Below, piece after piece: positions 1-10,450 of a stretch of 64,000 bases of DNA. The position numbers were made by a program, and so were the translations under genes. This DNA comes from a virus, in the IMG/VR virus record IMGVR_UViG_3300033048_000096; one strand, 5' to 3'. The first letter of the stretch is position 1, and each line of letters starts with the position of its first letter. Below the pieces are notes generated by a model. It did not search any database. It was given only the letters and a program-made list of their open reading frames with translations, and was not told the origin of the DNA.

Positions 1-1824
1 TATGAAGTGAATTAATGAATCGTCATCTAATGCCCCAGAAAAAGTCGTGCCAGACAAATCCAAATTAGCAACACCAAGCAAGACAGAACCAACTCTATAA
101 CTGCCATCATCAATGGGACCGGTAGAACCAGTAACTATAGCTATGTCACCTTCTCTAATTCCACTGGATGATAAGTTTCCATCAAATAATGACAAAGTTA
201 AAGTTCCGCTTATCATCTCAATTGATGAATTGTCAAAACTCTGAACCAAACCGAAGCCACTTAGAATGTTTCCGTTCAAATTTAAACTATTTCCAGTCTC
301 ACCCTCAAACTCAATATCCAATAAAGATGACAAACCTAATGCTGCAGTACCATCATTGGAAGAACCTAATGATACTAAAATAGTCCTGTTTATACTGTCA
401 CCAGATATGTTAGGCATGTTATGAGATAAAGCAAGCTCATAACATTGGTTTTTTATAACCTTATATGCCGTTATATTAAGATGACTATCTACGGCTATAT
501 CATTTATTGACTGCATTATGGAATCTATTGACTGCTCAGAAACAGAAGAGTTGTATGTATCAATAGTTACCGGAGTTCCTCCGTCAATTGTTATGTCAAA
601 TGAACCTGATGACGAAGTTATATTGCTAGGTATAATACCTGATGAAATTATTGTGCTTGAATCAGGGTTCAATACCTGAACATCCGGAGTGTTCGTCTTG
701 TTAGCTCTAGGTCTAACTGTAGAAATAAATCCACCCAGATTATAGGACTTGTAAGTGTTTTTAGATATTTTAATTAGTAACCCAGACTCAGGCGCACTAA
801 GAGGTCCTCCGTGCACGATCACTGACTGCAGTAACCCGAAAGTATCTATCGTAACTTCCGAAATCTGATACTCTCTATTGTCATCTTCGCTCGTTAATCC
901 ACTTAATGTTAAAATGTCAAACTCCGAAATGTCACCAAGAGGAGTCTCGCCGGTTGTTAACGAAAATGTGGTAAACGCAGAACCAGAAGATTGAATATAT
1001 GATGCTGAGGTTAAGTCGAGCAATAGGCTGCCTAGATTATTACCCTCAAAACCATCGAAAGTTGAACCAGTTCTAACCCTACCGTTAGAACTTATATTTA
1101 ATATTGTATTTTTAAAACCAACAGTCTCTATGTTAGCTAAATCATCAATGGCTCCCTGTAAATCATTCGAAAATATAACCTCAGAAGTATTCGTCGTGTC
1201 ATAGAAAATTTGAGAAGATAAATGAGAGTTATTTAATGCTGATATATTGGCCCCAGTGTAATTAATATGAGAATTGTAAATCCCCTCAAGAGCCACCTGT
1301 AGGGTGTTTGCCGCCAAAGATAGGCCTGCAATGTCAGATGCTATGACGGACCCCTGAGAGACCGCTATGGAGGTCGCTGAGTGCCTGTTCGTTGACGTTG
1401 GCTCCACGTGTATCGAGAATGTTGTGGATAATTCCTCCAACCCACTCCTTATTAAATCTAGATTGTTATTTAATATCGAAATCTCATCCTGAAGTAATGT
1501 GGTCGGGTAATCAAGACGCAACTTGGACTCGCTTATCGAAGCTACCTTAGATACGTCAGAGTCGATTATTGGACCAGATAAAACATTGGCACGACTAAGG
1601 GCTTCATCTAATATGTTTCCATTGCTATCTAATGATTTATTTATCCTCTCAGATAATGTGTTGCCAGCGGAACCCTGGGGGTTTATACCTAAGGTTGATT
1701 CGATTTTAAATATAGCAGACCTAATGCTATTTATAACATCAGAACCTATCTCTGTAATATTATCTCTGACAGGAGGTATCTCAATCGATGTATCTAGCTG
1801 CTGTGGATATTTTGATTTTGGCAT
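1..1824 (-). CDS. Large virion structural protein (tail fibre/spike-like), 3'-truncated by window edge; paralog of 1839..6149
   Basis: Not in the ORF track because it runs off the edge. ATG at 1824 reads MPKSKYPQQLDTSIEIPPVRDNITEIGSDVINSIRSAIF..., near-identical to the N-terminus of the 1436-aa ORF. Confidence 0.75.
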   Translation of the reverse strand, partial: MPKSKYPQQLDTSIEIPPVRDNITEIGSDVINSIRSAIFKIESTLGINPQGSAGNTLSERINKSLDSNGNILDEALSRANVLSGPIIDSDVSKVASISESKLRLDYPTTLLQDEISILNNNLDLIRSGLEELSTTFSIHVEPTSTNRHSATSIAVSQGSVIASDIAGLSLAANTLQVALEGIYNSHINYTGANISALNNSHLSSQIFYDTTNTSEVIFSNDLQGAIDDLANIETVGFKNTILNISSNGRVRTGSTFDGFEGNNLGSLLLDLTSASYIQSSGSAFTTFSLTTGETPLGDISEFDILTLSGLTSEDDNREYQISEVTIDTFGLLQSVIVHGGPLSAPESGLLIKISKNTYKSYNLGGFISTVRPRANKTNTPDVQVLNPDSSTIISSGIIPSNITSSSGSFDITIDGGTPVTIDTYNSSVSEQSIDSIMQSINDIAVDSHLNITAYKVIKNQCYELALSHNMPNISGDSINRTILVSLGSSNDGTAALGLSSLLDIEFEGETGNSLNLNGNILSGFGLVQSFDNSSIEMISGTLTLSLFDGNLSSSGIREGDIAIVTGSTGPIDDGSYRVGSVLLGVANLDLSGTTFSGALDDDSLIHFI

Positions 1825-1838
1825 GTTATTTTACCCCG

Positions 1839-4800
1839 TTAAAATCCTAATGTACTTTCTACATCATTTGTTTGAATAGTTAGCCGAATCCAATATACGT
1901 CTAAATTAGAAGCTAGGTTATGAGTTATTGTTACGAAGAATAATGCGCCGCCCGAACCGGAAACGCTAAAGCTCGTAGTTCCTGATGTATTTGATATTAA
2001 ATTTATAGTTTTTATATTCGAACTTCCTGCCGTAGGGGACGAAGTACCAACCTCAGACGCTGTTAGCATATCCTGGGTAGAACTACCTCCGCCAGTAGAA
2101 CCTGTAAGTATAGAACCTGTCCAGGTAACTAACTCTGATGGATCTTGCTGGACTCCTAACGTTAATCCGGTTATTACCTCTCCAGGGTGCAAATCCTCAA
2201 CCCTTAACCTAAGCGTTTGGCCAGTCTCTAATTCCGCAACACCCCATATTAGATTACTTAAGTCCTGCGAATTAAGAGCACGCTCCCGATAAAGTGGCGA
2301 ATCTCCAAATGTACTGAATGCATACCCAGAACCGGACGTTCCTTTGTTAAACTCATCCATAGTATAAAGCCTAGTTCTTGTCTTAGAATTATTATACTTG
2401 TAATTCTCACCCGATATGTCCGAGCCAACAGTCAATCCCCTACTTAACCTATCTCCCCAAGGAATGTTACCGTCAGGATCGATTTTAGGACCCGAAGCGT
2501 CAGAGTTCGGAAGAGCGTTGTCAGCAATTATATTGCCAAAGAAATTGATATTACTCTCAGAAGGTGAACCTGACAGATCAAATATATGACCAGAACCTTC
2601 CACTCTAACCAAATAGTTATCAGTGCCGCCAGAAGAATTAGACGCATCACCCCGGGATGTATTGTTTGTGATATTTATATTTCTCCAGTCTGATGCGCGC
2701 TGAACAAAACTTATATGAGAATTTAAAAATTGACAATTAGAGATCGTTATATTACCAACATCAGTACCGTTAGTTACATCTACTTGCTCCATCCTTATAC
2801 CAATGTTATTTGAACTAAAATTAAGATCCTCAGTTCCATCAAAAGTAACAGAATCAACTGTTATCCCGAAATTTAACTTGTTTCCAGTGTTAGGATCATC
2901 AGTCGCTGGATCAAGAACCAAAATTCTTGAATTTCTCATTCTAAAATCTTTCAGAGTTATGAAGCCATCGCTGAATACCGAAGAATCTCCAGAAGGTAAG
3001 GTCGTAAGACCAGATCCAGGGATAAGTATGCGACCCCTATATATTCCGGAATTGTTCTTGTCAGCCTGACTGGGAGTTCTGTTGTCAGTAAATGTATTGA
3101 ATAAATTTAAAACAGTAGAATCACCCTCCCCAATAAGTCTGACAGGAAAGTTAATCCATATCCCGTCGTTATACTCTGATGTGAGGGCCGCAGAATCATT
3201 GGACGCTAATGCTACTGTCGTGGGATGATCTACGTATATATTATACTCGCCAGACTTCATCTGCACTGTAGGTACTCCAGCTTTTGGAAACACCTCCGAA
3301 AATCTCTTGGCATACCTCAAGGCTTTACCAACACTAGTGAAATGAGCCATGCCAGGCTGGTTACTTACCGTAATGGAATTCAATATCTTCAAATCTAAAT
3401 CATTTATAAATAACCTAAGATCAATGTTGTTTATCACCGATCCATCAAACTCTAATGATGAAAGAATACATACCTCCGATGATTCAAATGGTGACTTGCA
3501 GTCAGATGTTGACGCCTCAACCCTTATTATGCCATCCTCATCTATCGCTATAAATATCTTGTCAATCACAGAAGAATCAATGTCAGATATTATTACTGAT
3601 ATAGTATCTATTGAAATTTTCCGACCCTTTATATAACAATACCCATTCGTAATATCAAAAGTGTATAACCCCGATGTAGTTGTCTCATTAATTATCTCTA
3701 AACCATAAACTACACCATTAGACCTAAGCTCATTAAGCGGACTCTCAACCATAAAGCCTATAGCCTCAGATGATATATCCTTTATACCAATATTACCCCT
3801 GGAAAGTATAGATCTTATCCTGGGCGAACCAACGCCTCCATCTATCCTACCGTTGAAATTATTAAAAGCAACTCTAGATATTAAAAGATTAGAGTCCAGA
3901 TTTACACCGCCAAATCCAAACAAATTAATCGATATATCTGTGCCGGAAGAAGTTATTTTAGTTATCAAATCAGAAACACTAGGGATCATGAACTTAAGAC
4001 TTACATTTTCTAATCCAGATTTTACCCACACATAACTGTTGTTACCTCGAACATCCACACTGTCGCCAGAATCCAAAGAAATGCTGACCGAATTTATATC
4101 GGAAGAAATCTGAAGATTAAACGCCTTGTCAGAAATATCTCCGCGGAAATCAACAAGAATCGCCAACGAAGATGAACCAAGTATAGACGCGCTATACTCA
4201 AATCGTTTCGAACTAAAAACATTTCGATCCGAAGATACGAAAATGTCAGATAATATAGAGCCGAATGTACTACTAACCTTATCAAATATTACAGAATCGA
4301 ATGATACTATATTGGAATGAACCCTAAATCTAGTGCTATCCTGACTCGCCCCAGAAAACCCGGATGGCAACTGATCGCTACTTAAAATAAGCTGGGTTGA
4401 TGTAACTGACTCAATTACATAACTTCCGTCATCTGAGGCGTTGACCGAATCAGATATTACCAGCAAATCACCAGACTTTAAACCTAAACTTATCAGATCT
4501 AAACCAGAAGAGGAACTACCAACAATTAATGTCGTTGACAAAAATATCAACCCAGTAGAATCAAGCTTTACACTGAGACCCTCATAATTGCTGCCGTTTA
4601 TATAGTACGCCGAACCATACTCTGATGATATTACTTTATCTTCTATTGATGAAAATCCACATGCATCTATACCACTGTCGGATGAACGGCTCAACGTTAT
4701 TGTGTGCGTCTCCGAATCTTCATCAGGCAAATTATGAGATATAGCTACCTCAGATGACTTGTTCGAGTAATCAACTCTGTAGGCGAAAAAATTAGAGGCG

Positions 4801-6149
4801 TTTTCAGCTGATTGCTCATTAATTCTACTTACAATAGAATCAATACTCTGAGTAACTAACCCGCCAGAATATAAATCTATAGACCCAGAGGTTCCAGAAT
4901 CTAATGATATACCCAAAAACCTATTCGATGTCGTTATCTCCAAAGGTCTAATTCCAGATGAAATTACCTTCACGGAATTTGGATTGCAAATCTGTACCGT
5001 TCTCGCAGAACTAAGTAAAGCCTCCTCCCTCACAGAAGATAATAAACTTACCTGATTCGTTGTAGCTCTTATATTCTTACTTATCGTACCTAAAGTTATC
5101 GAAGTAGAGTCGGCGAAAAATAAACCATACACATCTATACTGACTAGATTTCCAGATATAATGGAAAAACTATCTATCTCGTAAGAACCAGAGTAAAGAA
5201 AACTGCTGTCACTTAAATCAGAAATGTTTAATATGTCCGACTTAGATAAATTAAAATCACCAACTGGTAGTATGTCATTTATAGTTACAGTCGATATACC
5301 TGATGAATTCCCTAAGGATATGTCAAATGATATCGATATATCCTCGGCTAATATATTACCTAGACCAGAATTTAAAGACGAATCAATCTCGCCAACATTA
5401 AGTATACCATTAGTATGATGCAAATTTTGATGGTCAATCTTTGAGTTTAATGCCGAATTAGCTACCTCCTCCATAGCATTTTGCATATCTACCGAAGATA
5501 TGATCGCACTTACATTGTCATTGTCGAAATAAATCTGACCAGCAATATGAGAGTTGTTATCCGAAGCTATATTAACCCCTGAATATCCGATGTGAGAATC
5601 AACTACCACCTCAAATGTCGACTGACTGCTGCCAGATGGTAAGTTTGCTAAAGCTGTATCACTAGGGGCAACTACATGTGATGATACAGAAATTGATGAA
5701 GCAGGATGCCTGTTCGTTGAACTTGAATTTATATGCGCAGAAAGAGTCACACTTAACTCTTCCGCTTGATTAATTAAAATCTCTATGCTGGAATTAAGTA
5801 TCGAAATCTCATCCTGAAGCAATGTGGTCGGGTAATCAAGACGCAACTTAGACTCTCTTATTGATGCTACCCTCGATACATCAGCGTCAATTATTGGGCC
5901 GGATAAAATGTTGGTGCGATCAATGGCCTCTGTACGTATATTTCCGTTGCCATCTAATGATTTATTTATCCTTTCAGATAATGTGTTGCCCACAGCGCCC
6001 TGAGGGTTTATTCCTAAAACCTTTTCTATGTTAAAGATCGCAGATCTGATGCTGTTTATTGCGTCAGATCCAACCTCTAGAACATTATCTCTGACTGGCG
6101 GTATCTCTACCGATGTGTCTAATTGTTGTGGATATTTTGATTTTGGCAT
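1839..6149 (-). CDS. Large Ser/Ile-rich virion structural protein, tail fibre/tailspike-like with probable right-handed beta-helix region
   Basis: 1436 aa, beta-rich. AHFTSVGKAL...MKSGEY...LIGEG segment followed by NITISNCQF/NINITNN repeats typical of beta-helix spikes. RBS GAGG upstream. Confidence 0.55.
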   Translation of the reverse strand: MPKSKYPQQLDTSVEIPPVRDNVLEVGSDAINSIRSAIFNIEKVLGINPQGAVGNTLSERINKSLDGNGNIRTEAIDRTNILSGPIIDADVSRVASIRESKLRLDYPTTLLQDEISILNSSIEILINQAEELSVTLSAHINSSSTNRHPASSISVSSHVVAPSDTALANLPSGSSQSTFEVVVDSHIGYSGVNIASDNNSHIAGQIYFDNDNVSAIISSVDMQNAMEEVANSALNSKIDHQNLHHTNGILNVGEIDSSLNSGLGNILAEDISISFDISLGNSSGISTVTINDILPVGDFNLSKSDILNISDLSDSSFLYSGSYEIDSFSIISGNLVSIDVYGLFFADSTSITLGTISKNIRATTNQVSLLSSVREEALLSSARTVQICNPNSVKVISSGIRPLEITTSNRFLGISLDSGTSGSIDLYSGGLVTQSIDSIVSRINEQSAENASNFFAYRVDYSNKSSEVAISHNLPDEDSETHTITLSRSSDSGIDACGFSSIEDKVISSEYGSAYYINGSNYEGLSVKLDSTGLIFLSTTLIVGSSSSGLDLISLGLKSGDLLVISDSVNASDDGSYVIESVTSTQLILSSDQLPSGFSGASQDSTRFRVHSNIVSFDSVIFDKVSSTFGSILSDIFVSSDRNVFSSKRFEYSASILGSSSLAILVDFRGDISDKAFNLQISSDINSVSISLDSGDSVDVRGNNSYVWVKSGLENVSLKFMIPSVSDLITKITSSGTDISINLFGFGGVNLDSNLLISRVAFNNFNGRIDGGVGSPRIRSILSRGNIGIKDISSEAIGFMVESPLNELRSNGVVYGLEIINETTTSGLYTFDITNGYCYIKGRKISIDTISVIISDIDSSVIDKIFIAIDEDGIIRVEASTSDCKSPFESSEVCILSSLEFDGSVINNIDLRLFINDLDLKILNSITVSNQPGMAHFTSVGKALRYAKRFSEVFPKAGVPTVQMKSGEYNIYVDHPTTVALASNDSAALTSEYNDGIWINFPVRLIGEGDSTVLNLFNTFTDNRTPSQADKNNSGIYRGRILIPGSGLTTLPSGDSSVFSDGFITLKDFRMRNSRILVLDPATDDPNTGNKLNFGITVDSVTFDGTEDLNFSSNNIGIRMEQVDVTNGTDVGNITISNCQFLNSHISFVQRASDWRNINITNNTSRGDASNSSGGTDNYLVRVEGSGHIFDLSGSPSESNINFFGNIIADNALPNSDASGPKIDPDGNIPWGDRLSRGLTVGSDISGENYKYNNSKTRTRLYTMDEFNKGTSGSGYAFSTFGDSPLYRERALNSQDLSNLIWGVAELETGQTLRLRVEDLHPGEVITGLTLGVQQDPSELVTWTGSILTGSTGGGSSTQDMLTASEVGTSSPTAGSSNIKTINLISNTSGTTSFSVSGSGGALFFVTITHNLASNLDVYWIRLTIQTNDVESTLGF

Positions 6150-6178
6150 ATTACCTCTTTAGCTACCGAAAAAATTTA

Positions 6179-6679
6179 TTAGAACCTCAATAGTGGAGCA
6201 CTACTTAATGTATTTGGGGAACTGAACGAATTGGAACCGACAGTGTCATTTAACTTGTCAGCAATTAATATAGACCCAACCGTTACTCCCACACCAGCGC
6301 CAAATAATACCCATCTCTCAATCTTAGTTAGATTGTTCTGCCTCTCAAGAGATCTTATCCTCGATAAATCTAAGTCGTGAAGATTGCTATACTCAGACAC
6401 TTGCAAATCTTTTATCCCTATTACCGACTCTAAACCAATTACTTGCTGATTTAAATTAGAATCTAACTTTTTTAACTCAAATATTATCTGACTCTTCGTT
6501 TCTATCGACTTCTCCAATTGAGACATCTGCTCTCTAAGCTCCTGAATCTCTTCCAGTGAAAATACATAAGAATCCTCAGAAAGAACCTCTCCGGACTTCA
6601 TAACCTCACTGCCATAAGCGTAAGGAGCTAACAAAGAGATAACCAAACCTGTGACTATAAACTTACTGAAGATCTTCAT
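6179..6679 (-). CDS. Exported coiled-coil membrane protein (spanin-like candidate)
   Basis: N-terminal signal peptide, long coiled coil, C-terminal hydrophobic WVLFGAGVGVTVGSILIA segment. Confidence 0.4.
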   Translation of the reverse strand: MKIFSKFIVTGLVISLLAPYAYGSEVMKSGEVLSEDSYVFSLEEIQELREQMSQLEKSIETKSQIIFELKKLDSNLNQQVIGLESVIGIKDLQVSEYSNLHDLDLSRIRSLERQNNLTKIERWVLFGAGVGVTVGSILIADKLNDTVGSNSFSSPNTLSSAPLLRF

Positions 6680-6908
6680 CGATTACCCCAACTAAACCTA
6701 TGTCTGGCTCCGGAAACGAAAACTCACTAGGAACAATTAGCGACTTTAACTCCCATAAGTCTATGCTAACTCGCTCGTCCAAAACAGTATGAGCTATCTT
6801 GACAGAAATCTTGTCATCGGAATATCTAAATATAGCCAATGCTAGCCTCTTCTTTAAACTATTTTTACTGAACTTTAAATAACTTAACAAATTACCTAAC
6901 TCAGACAT
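6663..6908 (-). CDS. Hypothetical protein
   Basis: 81-aa ORF overlapping both neighbours in an operon-like arrangement. Confidence 0.55.
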   Translation of the reverse strand: MSELGNLLSYLKFSKNSLKKRLALAIFRYSDDKISVKIAHTVLDERVSIDLWELKSLIVPSEFSFPEPDIGLVGVIDEDLQ

Positions 6909-7237
6909 TATAAATCCCTCTCTTTGAAAAAATTCTCAAGATCTTTTACGGATAGGTCAATTCTCTCCTCACGCTTCTTGTCCTCAAGAAACTTAATCTT
7001 CTCTCTGATCAAAGACTCCTCCTCCTTTAGGTTACTAACCATAAGAAGCTTCTCCTCGGAGTCTTCAGATAAGTTTGCTATCTCAATCTCAGAACTTACT
7101 CTAGATAACTCATAATCCATCTTGTCCTTAGCGCTAATCTTAGATCTTATAAAGAAATATAATACAAAACTTAATATACCCAAAATAGAAGCCGCTATAG
7201 CTTTAACCTTCATACTCATTTTGTTGAAAAAATTCAT
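6908..7237 (-). CDS. Single-pass membrane coiled-coil protein (i-spanin-like candidate)
   Basis: N-terminal TM (AIAASILGILSFVLYFFI) followed by a charged coiled coil. Confidence 0.45.
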   Translation of the reverse strand: MNFFNKMSMKVKAIAASILGILSFVLYFFIRSKISAKDKMDYELSRVSSEIEIANLSEDSEEKLLMVSNLKEEESLIREKIKFLEDKKREERIDLSVKDLENFFKERDL

Positions 7238-7240
7238 GAC

Positions 7241-7519
7241 TTAAACCTCATCTGCGTTACCAGGCTTTCCATTGTTAGGTAAGAACTTGCTGTCAGTCCA
7301 TCGCCTAGATACATATGCCGTAAATGTAGCACCTAAGTATACAGCCATAACTGAACTGTCCAAAGCTTGAAGCTCAAAGCTATATTCACCTAGGTTAACC
7401 GAACCAAATGTCGACAAAAGAACATTAAAAGTTACTATAACAAATGACCACAAAGCAAATGTTAACATAGCATCTGGCTTTCCATTAGTATTTTTAATCC
7501 ACCAAGTCTTATTTTCCAT
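7241..7519 (-). CDS. Two-TM small membrane protein (holin-like candidate)
   Basis: Start reassigned to MENKTWW at 7519 (AAGGAG RBS). Two hydrophobic helices, basic residues after TM2. Confidence 0.5.
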   Translation of the reverse strand: MENKTWWIKNTNGKPDAMLTFALWSFVIVTFNVLLSTFGSVNLGEYSFELQALDSSVMAVYLGATFTAYVSRRWTDSKFLPNNGKPGNADEV

Positions 7520-7535
7520 ATTAATCTCCTTATTG

Positions 7536-9548
7536 TTATTGTACCACAGGTATGTTGGATAAGTTAAAATCATAAGTGTAAACTATATCAGTCTTATCCA
7601 ACCTCTTCAATGCTATAGTCTGTTTGCCAAATCTCCTGTTAAATATCTTCTCCCTACCAACACTTAACACTTCATATATAAACTCAAAATCTTCAGTAAA
7701 GTCAAATCTCAAAATTAAATCCCGATCTCTAATCGCTGGTATCGGTGTCGTCCAACAACTAGGCTCAAACTCTTGCCGCAAATGAGACTGCTCACCAAGG
7801 GATAAATCTTCCGATGCCTCACTATATGATACCAAAATTCTCCTATCTGTTCTTCTTAAATTATCATACTGAAGGTAACCTCCAGAATATCCGGTGCCAT
7901 AACACTCCTGACAAGACTTCACCTTAGGGCTCATCTTTCTGCTATCCATGCAAGTGCAGGTTATACCATCCCATATCCTCTTTAAAAGAATTACCGGCTC
8001 ACCTGTTACACCCAACAAAACCTCTTCGCGATTTAACATTCTATCATAAAGATTGAATCCGCGGAATCCATTAAACTCACCACCAATGTAGCTGCCGCAA
8101 TCAGCACCACTCTTACCTGTTAATACCTCTTCCGGTCTCGGATCATGCCATCCGCAAAAATCAAAACCCGTGTAAAATACCTTGTCATTGTCAGAATAAT
8201 CCGTAACAACAACTCCCTCGCCATTAACAAATCTCTCAAAATCATAACCGTCCTGATATGTCGGGGTTGACATAACTATTACCGTATTCACATCAGTGCA
8301 ATCTAAAAATAATTTAACCGAATCACCAGGAAGATAAAAACCAGGAGAAGTCTCCAATATACCACGCCCATTTATGCTGACAGAGAATGTATTCGTTACA
8401 CGATCCAAACTGTCATACCTTATTACCTCATTACCTATTATAATTATACCAGCATTAGGGTAACCATATACAGAATCTACTGTTATAAATAAACCAGATG
8501 GCTCAACATTAGAAATTACTGTAGATGACTCAGGCAATCTGTAAAATCCGCTGTCAACCTCCTCCATTCCTACTAAATCAAATACGTCAACCGAAACCTC
8601 CAATGACCGGGCGCCAAATGATAGAGAAACACCAGCAGCTAAACCACTTAAGTTAGCCTCTCTTATACCAGGAAGAGAAATGTACTTTGGATTGTCAAAA
8701 ACATTCAACCTAAAACTATCCTCGTAAACTATGACAAATGACTCGTTTTTATAATTCTTTTGAATAGACTCGTTCCACTCTATAAATACCGAATCACCAC
8801 TGCCAACATCAGATACGCGCTCTATGCCTTGGAAAAATCCAGAGAAACCACTCTGTGGGAATATTGGAGGCAATATTAAATCTTTTAAACTTACGCTGAA
8901 ATTAATGTCCGATATTAAAAAATTACCCGTAGTGTCAGAAATACTATAGCGGAGATTGATAGAACCATTTCTTAAGGATTCAATCGGATCTATCCTGACA
9001 AAACAACTCGTGCCACTTATCGTTATATCAGATAATGGGCCGTTATGCTCCAAATCAACCGATCCATCCAATATGTAATTTAAGCCATTTAAAGATATTG
9101 TCACGGAATCCTTGTCTATTCCGTCAATTATATCCTCAAACTCAAAATATAAAACTTGAGGGCTAAATAAAACCTCGCCGTCATTGGGGGACGAAGTTAC
9201 CAATATAGGCTCGTTAGGTATCGTCTTAAATGAATACGTTCTGTTTAAATATACTCCAGCAAAATTACGTACCTGTATCTTTACATCATAAGCTTTCCCA
9301 ACTAAAAAATTAGACTCAGGGTCAACCACAACGATAAAGTTGGCTCCTTCAGGCAATATAGATGATAAGGCTCCGTCAAATCCACTCTCAAACGATGTGC
9401 CGCTTATTGACCTAAATCCCTTTATCTCAACTATAAGCGTAGATATATCTATGCCGGTGCCGTCATCAACTAAGGTGAACTCAACCGGAGAATCTAAAGA
9501 TACTAACTTCTCTCCCGGTGATGGGGAAATTCCTGTCAATAAGATCAT
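7536..9548 (-). CDS. Virion protein: N-terminal Ig-like repeats plus C-terminal head-closure/neck-like domain
   Basis: Two SPxxG...F...D.GID...I.V Ig-like modules. C-terminal GEPVILLKR...CTC...CQECYGTGYSGGY motif resembling phage head-completion proteins. Confidence 0.5.
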   Translation of the reverse strand: MILLTGISPSPGEKLVSLDSPVEFTLVDDGTGIDISTLIVEIKGFRSISGTSFESGFDGALSSILPEGANFIVVVDPESNFLVGKAYDVKIQVRNFAGVYLNRTYSFKTIPNEPILVTSSPNDGEVLFSPQVLYFEFEDIIDGIDKDSVTISLNGLNYILDGSVDLEHNGPLSDITISGTSCFVRIDPIESLRNGSINLRYSISDTTGNFLISDINFSVSLKDLILPPIFPQSGFSGFFQGIERVSDVGSGDSVFIEWNESIQKNYKNESFVIVYEDSFRLNVFDNPKYISLPGIREANLSGLAAGVSLSFGARSLEVSVDVFDLVGMEEVDSGFYRLPESSTVISNVEPSGLFITVDSVYGYPNAGIIIIGNEVIRYDSLDRVTNTFSVSINGRGILETSPGFYLPGDSVKLFLDCTDVNTVIVMSTPTYQDGYDFERFVNGEGVVVTDYSDNDKVFYTGFDFCGWHDPRPEEVLTGKSGADCGSYIGGEFNGFRGFNLYDRMLNREEVLLGVTGEPVILLKRIWDGITCTCMDSRKMSPKVKSCQECYGTGYSGGYLQYDNLRRTDRRILVSYSEASEDLSLGEQSHLRQEFEPSCWTTPIPAIRDRDLILRFDFTEDFEFIYEVLSVGREKIFNRRFGKQTIALKRLDKTDIVYTYDFNLSNIPVVQ

Positions 9549-9585
9549 ATCTGCTCCTCTATGATATATATAAACTAATAATATA

Positions 9586-10089
9586 TCATTGAGTTTTTTC
9601 TAATAGCTCTCTTTTCTTCTCTTCTCGGTTTTCAATCGGAATCTCGTGGTACTCTATTAAATCCTCGACGTAATCTTCCGCCTCATCAAATCCACGCTCA
9701 TCAGCTTCGTACTCTATCTGATACTGAAACGCCTCAATCTCATCACCGCGATCTAAATAATCCTGCTCCTCTAATGACTCAAGACCCTTTAACTTCATGT
9801 GCTGAAGTGAATGAACCAACTCGTGAATAGCATACCTCATTATAGTCTCGAACTCCTCATCCATTAAACTCGAATTAAGCTGAATCGCAGAATCAATCGT
9901 CTTCGCTGAAGCCTCCAAATTATCAACAAACTCAAATGATATGCCATCTATAATGTCTGTTCCGAAACCATACTCCTTACATATCTCTTTCGCTATACTG
10001 TTGGCTCGTAACTCGCGCTTAACCTTAGCCAAAAGCTCTATCGTGTTCTGAAGATTAGATTTTGACTTATTTGATATTACTGTTATCAC
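9586..10089 (-). CDS. Zincin-like metallopeptidase
   Basis: IHELVHSLQH (HExxH) with downstream EIEAF third-ligand motif. Confidence 0.7.
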   Translation of the reverse strand: MITVISNKSKSNLQNTIELLAKVKRELRANSIAKEICKEYGFGTDIIDGISFEFVDNLEASAKTIDSAIQLNSSLMDEEFETIMRYAIHELVHSLQHMKLKGLESLEEQDYLDRGDEIEAFQYQIEYEADERGFDEAEDYVEDLIEYHEIPIENREEKKRELLEKTQ

Positions 10090-10267
10090 TTAAACCCTCC
10101 TCTATCGTTACTTTAACCAAATAACTACTCTGCCTTAATGTAGACATACGCTTCTTAGCCTCGTAAATTGCTGTCTCTAATCCCAAAATCTCAAACTCTA
10201 ACTCATTTGGAGTCTGCGGAGACTTATATCCACAATACTTAATCTCGCAAAGATCAGGATCCCTCAT
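10067..10267 (-). CDS. Hypothetical protein
   Basis: 66 aa, ATGA overlap with upstream gene. Confidence 0.55.
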   Translation of the reverse strand: MRDPDLCEIKYCGYKSPQTPNELEFEILGLETAIYEAKKRMSTLRQSSYLVKVTIEEGLSDNSNIK

Positions 10268-10449
10268 GCACTCTCCTCTTCTTTAATATCCTCTGTAATC
10301 GAACTCTCATGATCCTCAAGATTCTCATGATGCTCTAACTCTTTCAATAACTCAAGCATTATCTTTGCCATCTTCATGTCTAACGAATGACAACGATCTT
10401 TTAACTTCATTATGTCATACTCACTGCTCTCAAACTTCTCATTAACCAT
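10264..10449 (-). CDS. Hypothetical protein
   Basis: 61 aa coiled-coil, tightly coupled to neighbours. Confidence 0.55.
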   Translation of the reverse strand: MVNEKFESSEYDIMKLKDRCHSLDMKMAKIMLELLKELEHHENLEDHESSITEDIKEEESA

Positions 10450-10450
10450 A

